A stretch of DNA of 27,758 nt from Candidatus Jordarchaeia archaeon (GCA_029856435.1 JAHQXB010000157.1:1-27758); one strand, 5' to 3'. Shown: positions 1 to 8,727, counted from the first letter of the stretch. A program made the numbers and translations. The notes: generated by a model from the letters alone, not told the origin.

Positions 1-174
1 ATAGATTCGCAAAATCTCGTGTTTTTGGGCCTTTTTTGGCTCTTCTCAAAACTGTTTCTCACCACTTAAAGGGGATGGAAATATTAAAAATTGAGGAAAA
101 ACACCGATAAAACCATAAATTATCAGGGAACATAATGGCAAAAAACCATAGCAAAGATCCCGCGAATCTATCGC
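1..174. repeat. IR-flanked 151-bp segment, copy 1 (left IR truncated by the window edge); reverse complement of 27330..27506
   Basis: 1-10 ATAGATTCGC and 162-174 GCGAATCTATCGC are inverted repeats. The core 11..161 is the reverse complement of 27343..27493 except for one substitution and two single-base homopolymer indels. Confidence 0.93.
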
Positions 175-419
175 CCGGGGAACAGTTGAAGCAGACACAT
201 CTCTCCTGCTTTCGGTGGGGATGTTCCCGATTGTGGCCCTGCCCTCCTTTGGGCTTTTTAGAACCTTCCGCATTCCGGGCTTTGGCCGGAATCCGGCTGC
301 CCGACATGTTATGTGTGGTTGTTTTTGAGGAACGATGGATTTTATGGTTTTTCTTTAAAGTTAACTGTTGGAAGTTAACAAGCTTTTATTCTAAATAGCA
401 GTTTTAACAACCCACAAAG
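175..419 (+). repeat. ~245-bp dispersed non-coding element (element B), copy 1; hairpin-rich, possible structured RNA
   Basis: Direct repeat of 27507..27747 (roughly 85-90% identical by manual alignment). Visible stems: GGGAAC/GTTCCC, AAGCAG/CTGCTT, GCCC/GGGC, ATTCCGG/CCGGAAT. Confidence 0.85.
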
Positions 420-571
420 GGATTCTCAAATCCGCGAAAAAGGGGTTTTAAAAGATTGTACCATTACCTTTTTTATGGGGCTTTGGTAGCTTTTAACTCA
501 ATGCGTTGCTAAACATTAAAACCAGTTAGATTATGAGGAGAAGTGAAGGTAGGAGAATTCAATTAAAGCGT

Positions 572-3500
572 CTATTCGCCCACGCGTTCTGCGACGTCTT
601 TGGCTTTGTCGAGAGCAATTTTAAGCCTTCCTAGTTTTTCGTGTATTAGTCTAAGTTTATCAAAGTCGTCGAGTCCCTGTCTAGATAGTTCTCTGTCCAA
701 GCTTTTAAGTACTGCCCTAACCTCGTTGACGGTGTTTCTTATGGTGTTCCGGAGTTCCCTGTCAAGTTCAGGTATTAGTATTTTCTTGCGTAGACGTCTT
801 CTTTCTAGTAGGTAAGCTGAGGCAACTATCAAAGTGATTGTCCCTATAATGGCGAATCCAAAAAGTATGTATTCCCTTGATGCTTGGGGATAGTAGAGGG
901 TGGGTATTGTGGGCTTCTCTGGTTCCACTCTAAAATTGTAAATGTAGTGTGTGGTGGTATAGTTGTGAGCCTTTGCGTATAAGATCATTGTGTAGTCTCC
1001 AGTTTCGTTGGTGAAAGCTGTGAGGAAGAGGCCGACATACCATCCCGGCCGGTCTGTTTGAAATGCAGGTATTGGCAGGAAGGTGCCATTTGGTAGAATG
1101 TAAACAGTTAACAGTGTAATGTTACTCGTAATTTCTTTTCCGTGTATGTCTGTGACATGTATGTCTGCGTACAGGCTTTCTCCCAGATGTATTTTTCCGT
1201 CAGGATTGGGCAAAAACAGGGTGGTGTGGAGTATGATTCTGTTTTCAAGTAGCCAGTTAACTGCATTCACTGCGAGTTGGGTGTTGTTCAACAGGTTTAT
1301 GTGGCGACTGTCAAAAACGGAGGAGTCCCCTATTACCAGAAGTTTACCGTATCCCGCCTCTGTGGCAGCTATCACTATACCGCCATCAGAGGTATTGGCA
1401 AGAGCTACTGCTCCCATGCTGGTATTCACATTTAGAATTGCTACATTTTCCATTTCTATACTGTTAAGGTTTCGGGTAACAGGGTGGGATTGAGACAAAG
1501 AGGTAATTATTTTTGTTCCCGGTTCGCTTGAACTTACCGTGATTCCGTAGGTTTCTGTTATAAGGTTGACCGCGGTCCAGTTGCATTCATCCTGCGGTTC
1601 TAAACATATGAGGATGTTTGTTCCGTTGTGGAGCAGGCTGTGAAGTAGTGATATTTCCTGTTCTGTGAATCCCTTTTGGGGACTGAATATGAGTATTCCA
1701 TCGTAAAATGTGAGTAGTTCAGCTTGGTATTCGCTGAGGGAGGGAATCTCGTCTATGTCGCATCCTTGTTTGTATAGGGCTTCCGATAGGTGGTAGTAGC
1801 CGCTGTAGATGCTCTCAAGCCTTTTTCCCCAAGTCTCTAGGCCCACTTCTTTATGAATGCTGTCAAAGAATAGTCTGCCTTCGGGATAGCTTAGATTAAA
1901 ATTGATGCTTACGTTTCCCAAGTGCTCCCCGTTAGCCATGATTTGGATCGAGCCCTCGTAGTAGCCGGGACGTGGAAAAAGCGTGGTGTTAAACGATACT
2001 AGTATATTTGCATAGTTATTATGGATAATTTTTTGTGGAGTATTGTTGAAGAGTTGGGTTGCGTTACCAGAATAGAATATTTGAATGTCTTCCAGATTGT
2101 GGGAACTTATTATGGTTAGATTATTGTAGGCGAAGTCTAGGGGGAAACGAAGTTCAAGTGGCTTATGGGGGATAACTTTGGGGAAAAGAATGCTACAGTT
2201 AGGAGGAGGGCCCACAAACACATTTCGAGCAATGAAATTGTCAAGAAGATAGGTTTCACTTACCTTAAATGTTATGTTCCCAGAGATTATTTGCTCCAAT
2301 GTTAAAAAGTTGGGAAGCTCAGTTGTCACCCAGCCCACAGCGTAGACCCCACTGTTTGTGGGTTCCCAGCTAGTGGAAATTTTCCTGAAGGAGAAAGGTT
2401 GTAAGTCATAGTACTGGAATATTTCAAGATATACAATACTGCTCCCATCACTTGACTTGTTCGCAAAAAAGAAAACAGTGGCATTAGTCACATTGGTACC
2501 TAGGTTTAGAATAAGGCTTTCTGAAGCAAAAGGAGTATAGGGTTTACCCACCCTACCGATAGAAGCGTTAACTACACATAGGTCTGTAACATTTTGCACT
2601 TCGGCCCACAAAGTATTGTTAATTGCAGCTTGCATCTGGTTATAGTTTCCACCGACTCCCAAAGCCCCCACAAAATTCACTTTACCTCCAGGGCTCAACT
2701 CTTCAGACATGCTCCACCTTAAAGCAAGACCAACACTGCCAGTATAATACGAAATATTGTTCAGTTCGTCGCTTAAAAAGTGTTTGAAAACCGTATCATT
2801 TTCTCCTACTTCATGGGCACTTGAAGTGTTGCCCATGAACCCCACATACAAAACCTGTTCCGGATAATCATTGTGAGAATCATAAACATAGATTAAGTCG
2901 TCCACATCACTATATTGAGCAATGTCATCTGCGGCATAGTTGGACTCGTTTAGGAAAAGATCTATGTCCCAAACAGTCAACAACGCTAAATCCCTAAGAG
3001 TGGTGTTCCCAACATTCAATAGGGTTATCATTATCCTGAATGCTCCTGTGGGGCCCGTACTGTTCCAACAGTCTACAGATATTAATATGAGCACCTCCCC
3101 ATTTCCCAGCACAGTCACCGCCCTCTCATAGTCTCCCACTCCGGGAACCGTAATTGAGTGCATTTCCCTATACACAGTGGTAAGCAGAAAAGGAGTAACA
3201 CTACTGCTCCCATTATATTTCAATCCAAATCGACCTTGCAACAAGTGGGTGCTATTAAAATCGGAAGTCAGGTTTCGGGTCAGTATCCCGACAAAAGTAG
3301 CATAAGTCCCCACCAAACAGTAAGTCTCAAGTTGGGAAGCAGAGTCATTCGAGTAGAAAAACCCTGTGTAAGGTAAACTGGGAGTAAATACTCTAGTGAC
3401 TTCTCCTAAAGGCTCCCCAAGATTTTTCAAATAGTGATAAGTCGCATTAGCATCCAGAATCCCCGCCCCCTGAGTATTAGGATCCTCACCTAAATCTATA

Positions 3501-4810
3501 GCGGTCTTCATCATCGCCACTCTCAAAGCCTCAGGAGTAAGGAAGGGAAAAGCTTGAAGTAGAAGAGCCGCCACTCCCGCCACATAACCAGTAGCAGCAG
3601 CCGTTCCAGTTGCACAAGTGTAATTCACGTCTATGGGGCTGCCGTAACCGCTAATGTTAAAGTAGGGGAAACTAATGTTCAGTCCTAGGTCGATTTTTGC
3701 TCTACAGGAAGTGATATTATATCCAGGAGCCACAATATCGGGATCCATCCACATATAGAAACTGGGACCTCGGCTACTATTATAGCATACCTGTCCAGAG
3801 GAGGAGTTATAGGACCCTACAGTGATGCAACTTAGAGCCATTCCCGGCGATCCCACACTGAGGTAGGCGGGACCATCGTCTCCAGCCGCGGCTATTACCG
3901 TGACACCGGATTCAACAGCTTTGTCCACTGCGGTGCATAGGGGGTCGTCTGGGTAGCCTGGTCCCGCAAAGGGAATGACTATGATGTCTGCTCCATGACT
4001 GATGCTCCATTCTACTCCCGAGAGTGTCCATGAATAGAAGCTTAGTCCCTCATCATCAAATACTTTAACGTTTAGTAATCGTGCTTGAGGCGCAATTCCC
4101 CTATAGGTTCCATTTGAAGCATTTCCCGTCCCAGCTATTATGCCAGCCACATATGTTCCATGACCGTTAAAGTCGTAGGGGAACGGGTCATACTCAACCA
4201 TGGAAACGCTTGCTATGACTTTGGGGTCACTTGTACTGCTGTTATCGTCTAGGTCGTCGAGGTCTGGGTGGCTTGTGTCTATTCCACTGTCTAGGAGAGC
4301 AATTATGATGCCGCTACCATTGAGATTCTCGCCCCATAGTTCCTCTATATTTGAATCGGGGGCGGCTTCACCGCCGGGTGTATTTGACTGTTTCAGGGTT
4401 TTGGGTTCCAATTGGATGGGATAATCGTACCAAACCTTGCTTACTTGTGGGAGGGATGCAATTTTTGGGATATTGCTCAGGGGGGATGTTATGGCGGCTG
4501 CTGGTATGTAATCATAAATTTTTTTTACTTCTATGCCTGGAAATATTGAATTCAAGGCCTGGAGTCCAGAGCTGAAACTGGATTCTTGGAAAACGATTAT
4601 TATACTGGTTTGGGAAGAATTGTGGAGTCCTCCATTTTGAATTAGGGACATAAGGTAGGGATCCATTTTTGACTCAATGGACCCGTAATTGTTGTTTATG
4701 AGGCTTGTTGGGTAAACATTTCGTTGGGGGAGGATAGTTAGGCCGGTGTGGAAAGTTAGCAGGAGGGCTGCTATTAGTAGGAGGGCTGTGACTTTTCTGG
4801 AGGGTTTCAT
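572..4810 (-). CDS. Membrane-anchored S8 subtilase-like protein (signal peptide, prodomain, S8 domain, beta-rich/CARDB-like region, GIFT/GATase-like domain, C-terminal TM and helical cytosolic tail); catalytic Ser replaced by Ala
   Basis: 1412 aa. N-terminal hydrophobic segment VTALLLIAALLLTF; Asp motif IALLDSGID; His motif NGHGTYVAG; Ser motif reads TGTAAATGYVAGVAALL; TM YILFGFAIIGTITLIVASAYLL followed by ERRRLRKK; many N-x-S/T sequons. Confidence 0.9.
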   Translation of the reverse strand: MKPSRKVTALLLIAALLLTFHTGLTILPQRNVYPTSLINNNYGSIESKMDPYLMSLIQNGGLHNSSQTSIIIVFQESSFSSGLQALNSIFPGIEVKKIYDYIPAAAITSPLSNIPKIASLPQVSKVWYDYPIQLEPKTLKQSNTPGGEAAPDSNIEELWGENLNGSGIIIALLDSGIDTSHPDLDDLDDNSSTSDPKVIASVSMVEYDPFPYDFNGHGTYVAGIIAGTGNASNGTYRGIAPQARLLNVKVFDDEGLSFYSWTLSGVEWSISHGADIIVIPFAGPGYPDDPLCTAVDKAVESGVTVIAAAGDDGPAYLSVGSPGMALSCITVGSYNSSSGQVCYNSSRGPSFYMWMDPDIVAPGYNITSCRAKIDLGLNISFPYFNISGYGSPIDVNYTCATGTAAATGYVAGVAALLLQAFPFLTPEALRVAMMKTAIDLGEDPNTQGAGILDANATYHYLKNLGEPLGEVTRVFTPSLPYTGFFYSNDSASQLETYCLVGTYATFVGILTRNLTSDFNSTHLLQGRFGLKYNGSSSVTPFLLTTVYREMHSITVPGVGDYERAVTVLGNGEVLILISVDCWNSTGPTGAFRIMITLLNVGNTTLRDLALLTVWDIDLFLNESNYAADDIAQYSDVDDLIYVYDSHNDYPEQVLYVGFMGNTSSAHEVGENDTVFKHFLSDELNNISYYTGSVGLALRWSMSEELSPGGKVNFVGALGVGGNYNQMQAAINNTLWAEVQNVTDLCVVNASIGRVGKPYTPFASESLILNLGTNVTNATVFFFANKSSDGSSIVYLEIFQYYDLQPFSFRKISTSWEPTNSGVYAVGWVTTELPNFLTLEQIISGNITFKVSETYLLDNFIARNVFVGPPPNCSILFPKVIPHKPLELRFPLDFAYNNLTIISSHNLEDIQIFYSGNATQLFNNTPQKIIHNNYANILVSFNTTLFPRPGYYEGSIQIMANGEHLGNVSINFNLSYPEGRLFFDSIHKEVGLETWGKRLESIYSGYYHLSEALYKQGCDIDEIPSLSEYQAELLTFYDGILIFSPQKGFTEQEISLLHSLLHNGTNILICLEPQDECNWTAVNLITETYGITVSSSEPGTKIITSLSQSHPVTRNLNSIEMENVAILNVNTSMGAVALANTSDGGIVIAATEAGYGKLLVIGDSSVFDSRHINLLNNTQLAVNAVNWLLENRIILHTTLFLPNPDGKIHLGESLYADIHVTDIHGKEITSNITLLTVYILPNGTFLPIPAFQTDRPGWYVGLFLTAFTNETGDYTMILYAKAHNYTTTHYIYNFRVEPEKPTIPTLYYPQASREYILFGFAIIGTITLIVASAYLLERRRLRKKILIPELDRELRNTIRNTVNEVRAVLKSLDRELSRQGLDDFDKLRLIHEKLGRLKIALDKAKDVAERVGE

Positions 4811-4875
4811 GAGGATATATTTTTACTATATGTTTATTAGCTTGTCTATTATTACATTCTTTCTGGTGGAAAGCT

Positions 4876-6492
4876 TTGAAAGATGAATTCGTAGAAGAGG
4901 CATACTTCAGTGGAAAAAGGATTGGCCAGGCTGTTGCGTGGTGCGAAGACCGTGAAGGCAACGTGATAGAAGTTGAGGTACAGGGCAAATGGTTTGAGAC
5001 AGGTGAAAACTTCAGAGGCAAAGGAGTTTATCTGGATTCCCACTCCTCACCCATGCGAAGCATAATAGCAGTAAGCCTAAAACAGGGCAAACGGGGAAAC
5101 GAGAACATTAACCCCGGCGAAATCGTGACTATTGGAGCGCCCTCTTCTAAGGAGGATGTTCAAGCTGAAAACCTTATTCTAAGAAACTTTTTGGAGAAAA
5201 ATTTTTCCGAAGACCGATTTTTTGAAGGAAGCAATTTCCCATCCGCTATATTTTGGCTCAGGGACAAGCTCAAACGCTACAAAGTCGATGTTAAAATTAA
5301 AGGCATGTGGGAAGGGGAGCCTCTCAACGCTGAGGGCGACGTAGTTGGTGTCGAGGAAAGCATAACGGGGGGGCACTTCGCCGTGCGAATAAAAAGCGGA
5401 ACAGTTGGCGATAAACCAATAGAGCCCAACACCATCCTTAGAGTCGGCGGACCAGTGAAACTACGAAAAAACCAGACTGACGTGGTGGCCAAGAAAATCC
5501 TGTTTATGCCAGCAGAAAAACCCAAACTCAAAACCACCGATAACATTGTTCTCAGCGTCCGCGGACTAACAGTATCGTATGACAATAAGCGAGTTATTTC
5601 AGATGTCAGCTTCGAGATAAAAGAGGGTGAAATCCTGGGAATCGTAGGCGAGTCGGGAAGCGGAAAGTCAACCTGCATGAAAGCAATCATCGGAGACATC
5701 AAACCCGACTCGGGAGAAATCAAAATATGCGGATACGATGTCCGAGACAAAGACAATGTAGCGCCCCTCTTTGGATACGTACCCCAAGACCTGAGCCGCA
5801 TGTACATGGACTTCACACCTATGGAAAACATAGTCTACTTCGGAAAACAGTATGATATCCCAGAAATTGACCTCATACGCAGAGGAAAACAAATCCTTAA
5901 AGACCTAGGAATATTTGAAAAAGGTGGAGAGAGGGTAGAAAACCTTAGTGGAGGCGAAAAAAGAAGGGTAAGCATAGCCATAGCCCTAGTACACTTACCA
6001 AAAATACTATTTCTTGATGAACCCTCAAGCGGATTGGATTTGGTAAGGAGACATGAGCTCTGGAACTATCTTGATAGGATTAATAAGCTTTATAGGACTT
6101 CTCTGGTGGTAATAACGCATTATCCTTCTGAGATTGATTATTGTGATAAGGCGGCGATATTTGTTAGGAATAGGGGCTTCATTGATTTTGGAACCGCGGA
6201 GGAGCTTAAATCCCGCTTGCCCGGAAAAGGATACGCTATAGGGCTATTATTAGAAGAGTATGATTCTGAGTGTGTGGAAATGATAAAAAATGTGGAGGGT
6301 GTAGAATACGTGATCCAGAAGGGGCATCAACTGAAGGTATTTCCCAGTGGGGAGAACACCGCCGTGCTGAAAAAAATAGTGGAGAAACTTGGAGAAAAAG
6401 GGGTTGCGGTTCGAAAAGTTGAACCCAAAGTTGAAGTTGACATGGAGGACTACTTCATTTACATTACCGGAAACACTGAAGGTATAGATTAA
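4876..6492 (+). CDS. ABC-2 exporter ATP-binding protein with a ~210-aa N-terminal tandem-repeat extension
   Basis: Walker A GESGSGKST, signature LSGGEKRR, Walker B ILFLDEP, H-loop ITH; TTG start; the N-terminal part contains two similar repeats. Confidence 0.9.
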   Translation: MKDEFVEEAYFSGKRIGQAVAWCEDREGNVIEVEVQGKWFETGENFRGKGVYLDSHSSPMRSIIAVSLKQGKRGNENINPGEIVTIGAPSSKEDVQAENLILRNFLEKNFSEDRFFEGSNFPSAIFWLRDKLKRYKVDVKIKGMWEGEPLNAEGDVVGVEESITGGHFAVRIKSGTVGDKPIEPNTILRVGGPVKLRKNQTDVVAKKILFMPAEKPKLKTTDNIVLSVRGLTVSYDNKRVISDVSFEIKEGEILGIVGESGSGKSTCMKAIIGDIKPDSGEIKICGYDVRDKDNVAPLFGYVPQDLSRMYMDFTPMENIVYFGKQYDIPEIDLIRRGKQILKDLGIFEKGGERVENLSGGEKRRVSIAIALVHLPKILFLDEPSSGLDLVRRHELWNYLDRINKLYRTSLVVITHYPSEIDYCDKAAIFVRNRGFIDFGTAEELKSRLPGKGYAIGLLLEEYDSECVEMIKNVEGVEYVIQKGHQLKVFPSGENTAVLKKIVEKLGEKGVAVRKVEPKVEVDMEDYFIYITGNTEGID

Positions 6493-6520
6493 AATTTACA
6501 GCAAAAAGGGATGGTCTGAT

Positions 6521-7684
6521 ATGATGATGAGAATGCTTTCTTTAGTGAAGGTGAAGCTGGCTCCACTTTTTGGTAGCGTTAAAAGGATAGGGGCCTTAAT
6601 CAGAAAGGAATTGGAGTCGCTTATGAAGGATAGGTTAGCCCTGCTGGTCATTTTTCTGCTTCCAATAATAATAACTGGCGCGATGGGGATGGCGCAGTAC
6701 CGGGTCACCACCCTTGATGATTATTACAAGATAGCGGTAATAAATCAGGACACCACGCTGACAGCTGAAAATTTGAGTTTATCTAACGCGTTGATAAACG
6801 AGATGTATATGCATGCAAACGAGTGTATAATCATTCCCATGCAGAGCTATGATTTGGCAGTCTACCTCTTGTGGCAGAGACAAATAAACGCTGTTCTCGT
6901 AATTCCTTTTGGCTTCACAAGCCAGCTGGCCAGCCAAATGATTCCCGCATATGTGAACTTGACCCTTGACGGAAGCGATGTGGAGGGGCAGGGCGCAATC
7001 ATAAAAGGAGTAACCAACGCAATAGCACAGTTAAAAATGGACTACAACTATACCAAGTACGAGGTTATCCCCTCTTCCCAAGCAATATGGCCCAGCGATA
7101 CGAAAGGAATAAGCGACATTAAAATCACAGTGCCTCTAATTCTACCCATGCTACTTATAGGAGCAGCACTGGTGATAACGAGTCAGAGTGTGGTCGGCGA
7201 CATTCCTCTGAGAAGAATGCTACTCACGCCGGCAGGAAAATCAGAAGCCCTAATCGCAAAAACCATATCATACCTACTAGTCAGCCTACTCCAAATCATG
7301 ATAGTTCTCGGAATACTAATTTTATTGTACAGCTTCCAACCGGTGGGAACACTGTTCAACTTTCTGATAGTGCTCGTCTTGACCTCCTTCTTTGGAATAA
7401 GCCTAGGCCTATTCATATCTGTGGTAAGCAACTCCCGACTCCAAGCAAACCAGTACTTCATATTCTCCTATCTAACTCTAATAGTAATACTACTAGCAGT
7501 ACCAGTAAAATCAATACAAAGACTTGACCCACTACAACTGGCAAGAGAAGCCATAGCCAGTGTAACAGCAAGAGGACTAACACTCATAGACATAGGGCAA
7601 CAAATACTGTACCTCTTCGGGTTCTCCGCATTCTTCCTCAGCCTGGCATTCATAGCATTCTTCTTCAAAAAAGGCCTAGTCTAA
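6521..7684 (+). CDS. ABC-2 type permease
   Basis: 387 aa; N-terminal TM, large extracytoplasmic domain, then about five C-terminal TM helices; lies between two ABC ATPase genes. Confidence 0.88.
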   Translation: MMMRMLSLVKVKLAPLFGSVKRIGALIRKELESLMKDRLALLVIFLLPIIITGAMGMAQYRVTTLDDYYKIAVINQDTTLTAENLSLSNALINEMYMHANECIIIPMQSYDLAVYLLWQRQINAVLVIPFGFTSQLASQMIPAYVNLTLDGSDVEGQGAIIKGVTNAIAQLKMDYNYTKYEVIPSSQAIWPSDTKGISDIKITVPLILPMLLIGAALVITSQSVVGDIPLRRMLLTPAGKSEALIAKTISYLLVSLLQIMIVLGILILLYSFQPVGTLFNFLIVLVLTSFFGISLGLFISVVSNSRLQANQYFIFSYLTLIVILLAVPVKSIQRLDPLQLAREAIASVTARGLTLIDIGQQILYLFGFSAFFLSLAFIAFFFKKGLV

Positions 7685-7711
7685 ACCCAATTCGACAAAG
7701 AGGAAAACAAA

Positions 7712-8716
7712 ATGAAGAACAGCCCGGCAAACGATAAAGACATAGAACTAAGAAACGTGACCGTAAAAATACGCAAAACCACCATACTGCAGGACGTAAG
7801 CTTCTACGCCAAGCGGGGAGAAATATTAGCCATAATAGGAGGATCCGGAGCAGGCAAATCAACATGTCTCCGAGTTCTAACATCACAGATAAAGCCAACC
7901 AGAGGAGAAGTCTACATAGCAGGATGCGACGCAACAAAGGAGGAGGAAAAACTCAAAGAAATATTAGGATATGTACCCCAACCCGAAGAAGTCTCAGCGT
8001 ACCCCGAATTCTCAGCCCTCAAAAACGCCTACTTCTTCGGAAAAATGTACAACCTCCCCAGTGACCTAATCGAAAAAAGAGCAAGACAAATACTCCAAAT
8101 ACTTGGATTCGACACCGAAGAAATGATGAAGAAACCATTCAAAAACCTCTCCGGGGGAGAAAAAAAGAGAGCCTCAATATGCATAGGGCTCATCCACAAC
8201 CCAAAAGTACTACTCCTAGACGAACCCCTCACGGGAATTGACGCGCATCTTCGTATTGAGTTGCTTAATTATTTGCGTGATTTGAATAGGCAGCTGGGTG
8301 TTACTATTTGTATTGTGGCTCACGATTTGGAGACTGCGGATTACAGTGACAGAATCGTCATTCTGGACAGGGGGAGAGTTGCTATTTTTGGTGAGCCTAA
8401 AAGTTTTCTCAGGGGGTTGCCTAATGGGGGTAAATGTTTTAGGGTTAAATTTAAACGTTTAACTGTGGATGACCAGAAGCGTGTGGAGAAAATCAAGCCT
8501 ATTAAGTATTTTTTGGTTGTTGGTAGGAATACTTTGAAGGTTTTCCCCAAAGAGGGGGAGCATAATCTGGCTGGGCTGGTGGAGGAGTTTTATGCTAAGG
8601 GTCTTGAGCCTCTAGAATTGGAGGAGACTGAAGCGACTTTTGGGGACTACTTCAGGCTATTTTCTCAGGGCGCATTTGGTGCAAGGAAGGACATTTTCAG
8701 TATTAATTTCGAGTAA
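7712..8716 (+). CDS. ABC-2 exporter ATP-binding protein
   Basis: Walker A GGSGAGKST, Q-loop GYVPQ, signature LSGGEKKR, Walker B LLLDEP, H-loop VAH. Confidence 0.92.
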   Translation: MKNSPANDKDIELRNVTVKIRKTTILQDVSFYAKRGEILAIIGGSGAGKSTCLRVLTSQIKPTRGEVYIAGCDATKEEEKLKEILGYVPQPEEVSAYPEFSALKNAYFFGKMYNLPSDLIEKRARQILQILGFDTEEMMKKPFKNLSGGEKKRASICIGLIHNPKVLLLDEPLTGIDAHLRIELLNYLRDLNRQLGVTICIVAHDLETADYSDRIVILDRGRVAIFGEPKSFLRGLPNGGKCFRVKFKRLTVDDQKRVEKIKPIKYFLVVGRNTLKVFPKEGEHNLAGLVEEFYAKGLEPLELEETEATFGDYFRLFSQGAFGARKDIFSINFE

Positions 8717-8727
8717 GGTTTTCCTTA

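Noticed and set aside
175-419. Element B as RNase P RNA, SRP RNA, tRNA or a group II intron remnant
   Set aside because: The diagnostic motifs (GAGGAAAGTCC, the complete SRP helix 8, a T-loop GTTCRA, the domain V catalytic hairpin) are absent; only 5-8-nt chance matches were found.
3872-3883. AAGD oxyanion motif taken as a sign of an S53 sedolisin
   Set aside because: Sedolisins keep the catalytic Ser and use a Glu-Asp-Ser triad; this protein has S8-type Asp and His motifs and no Ser.
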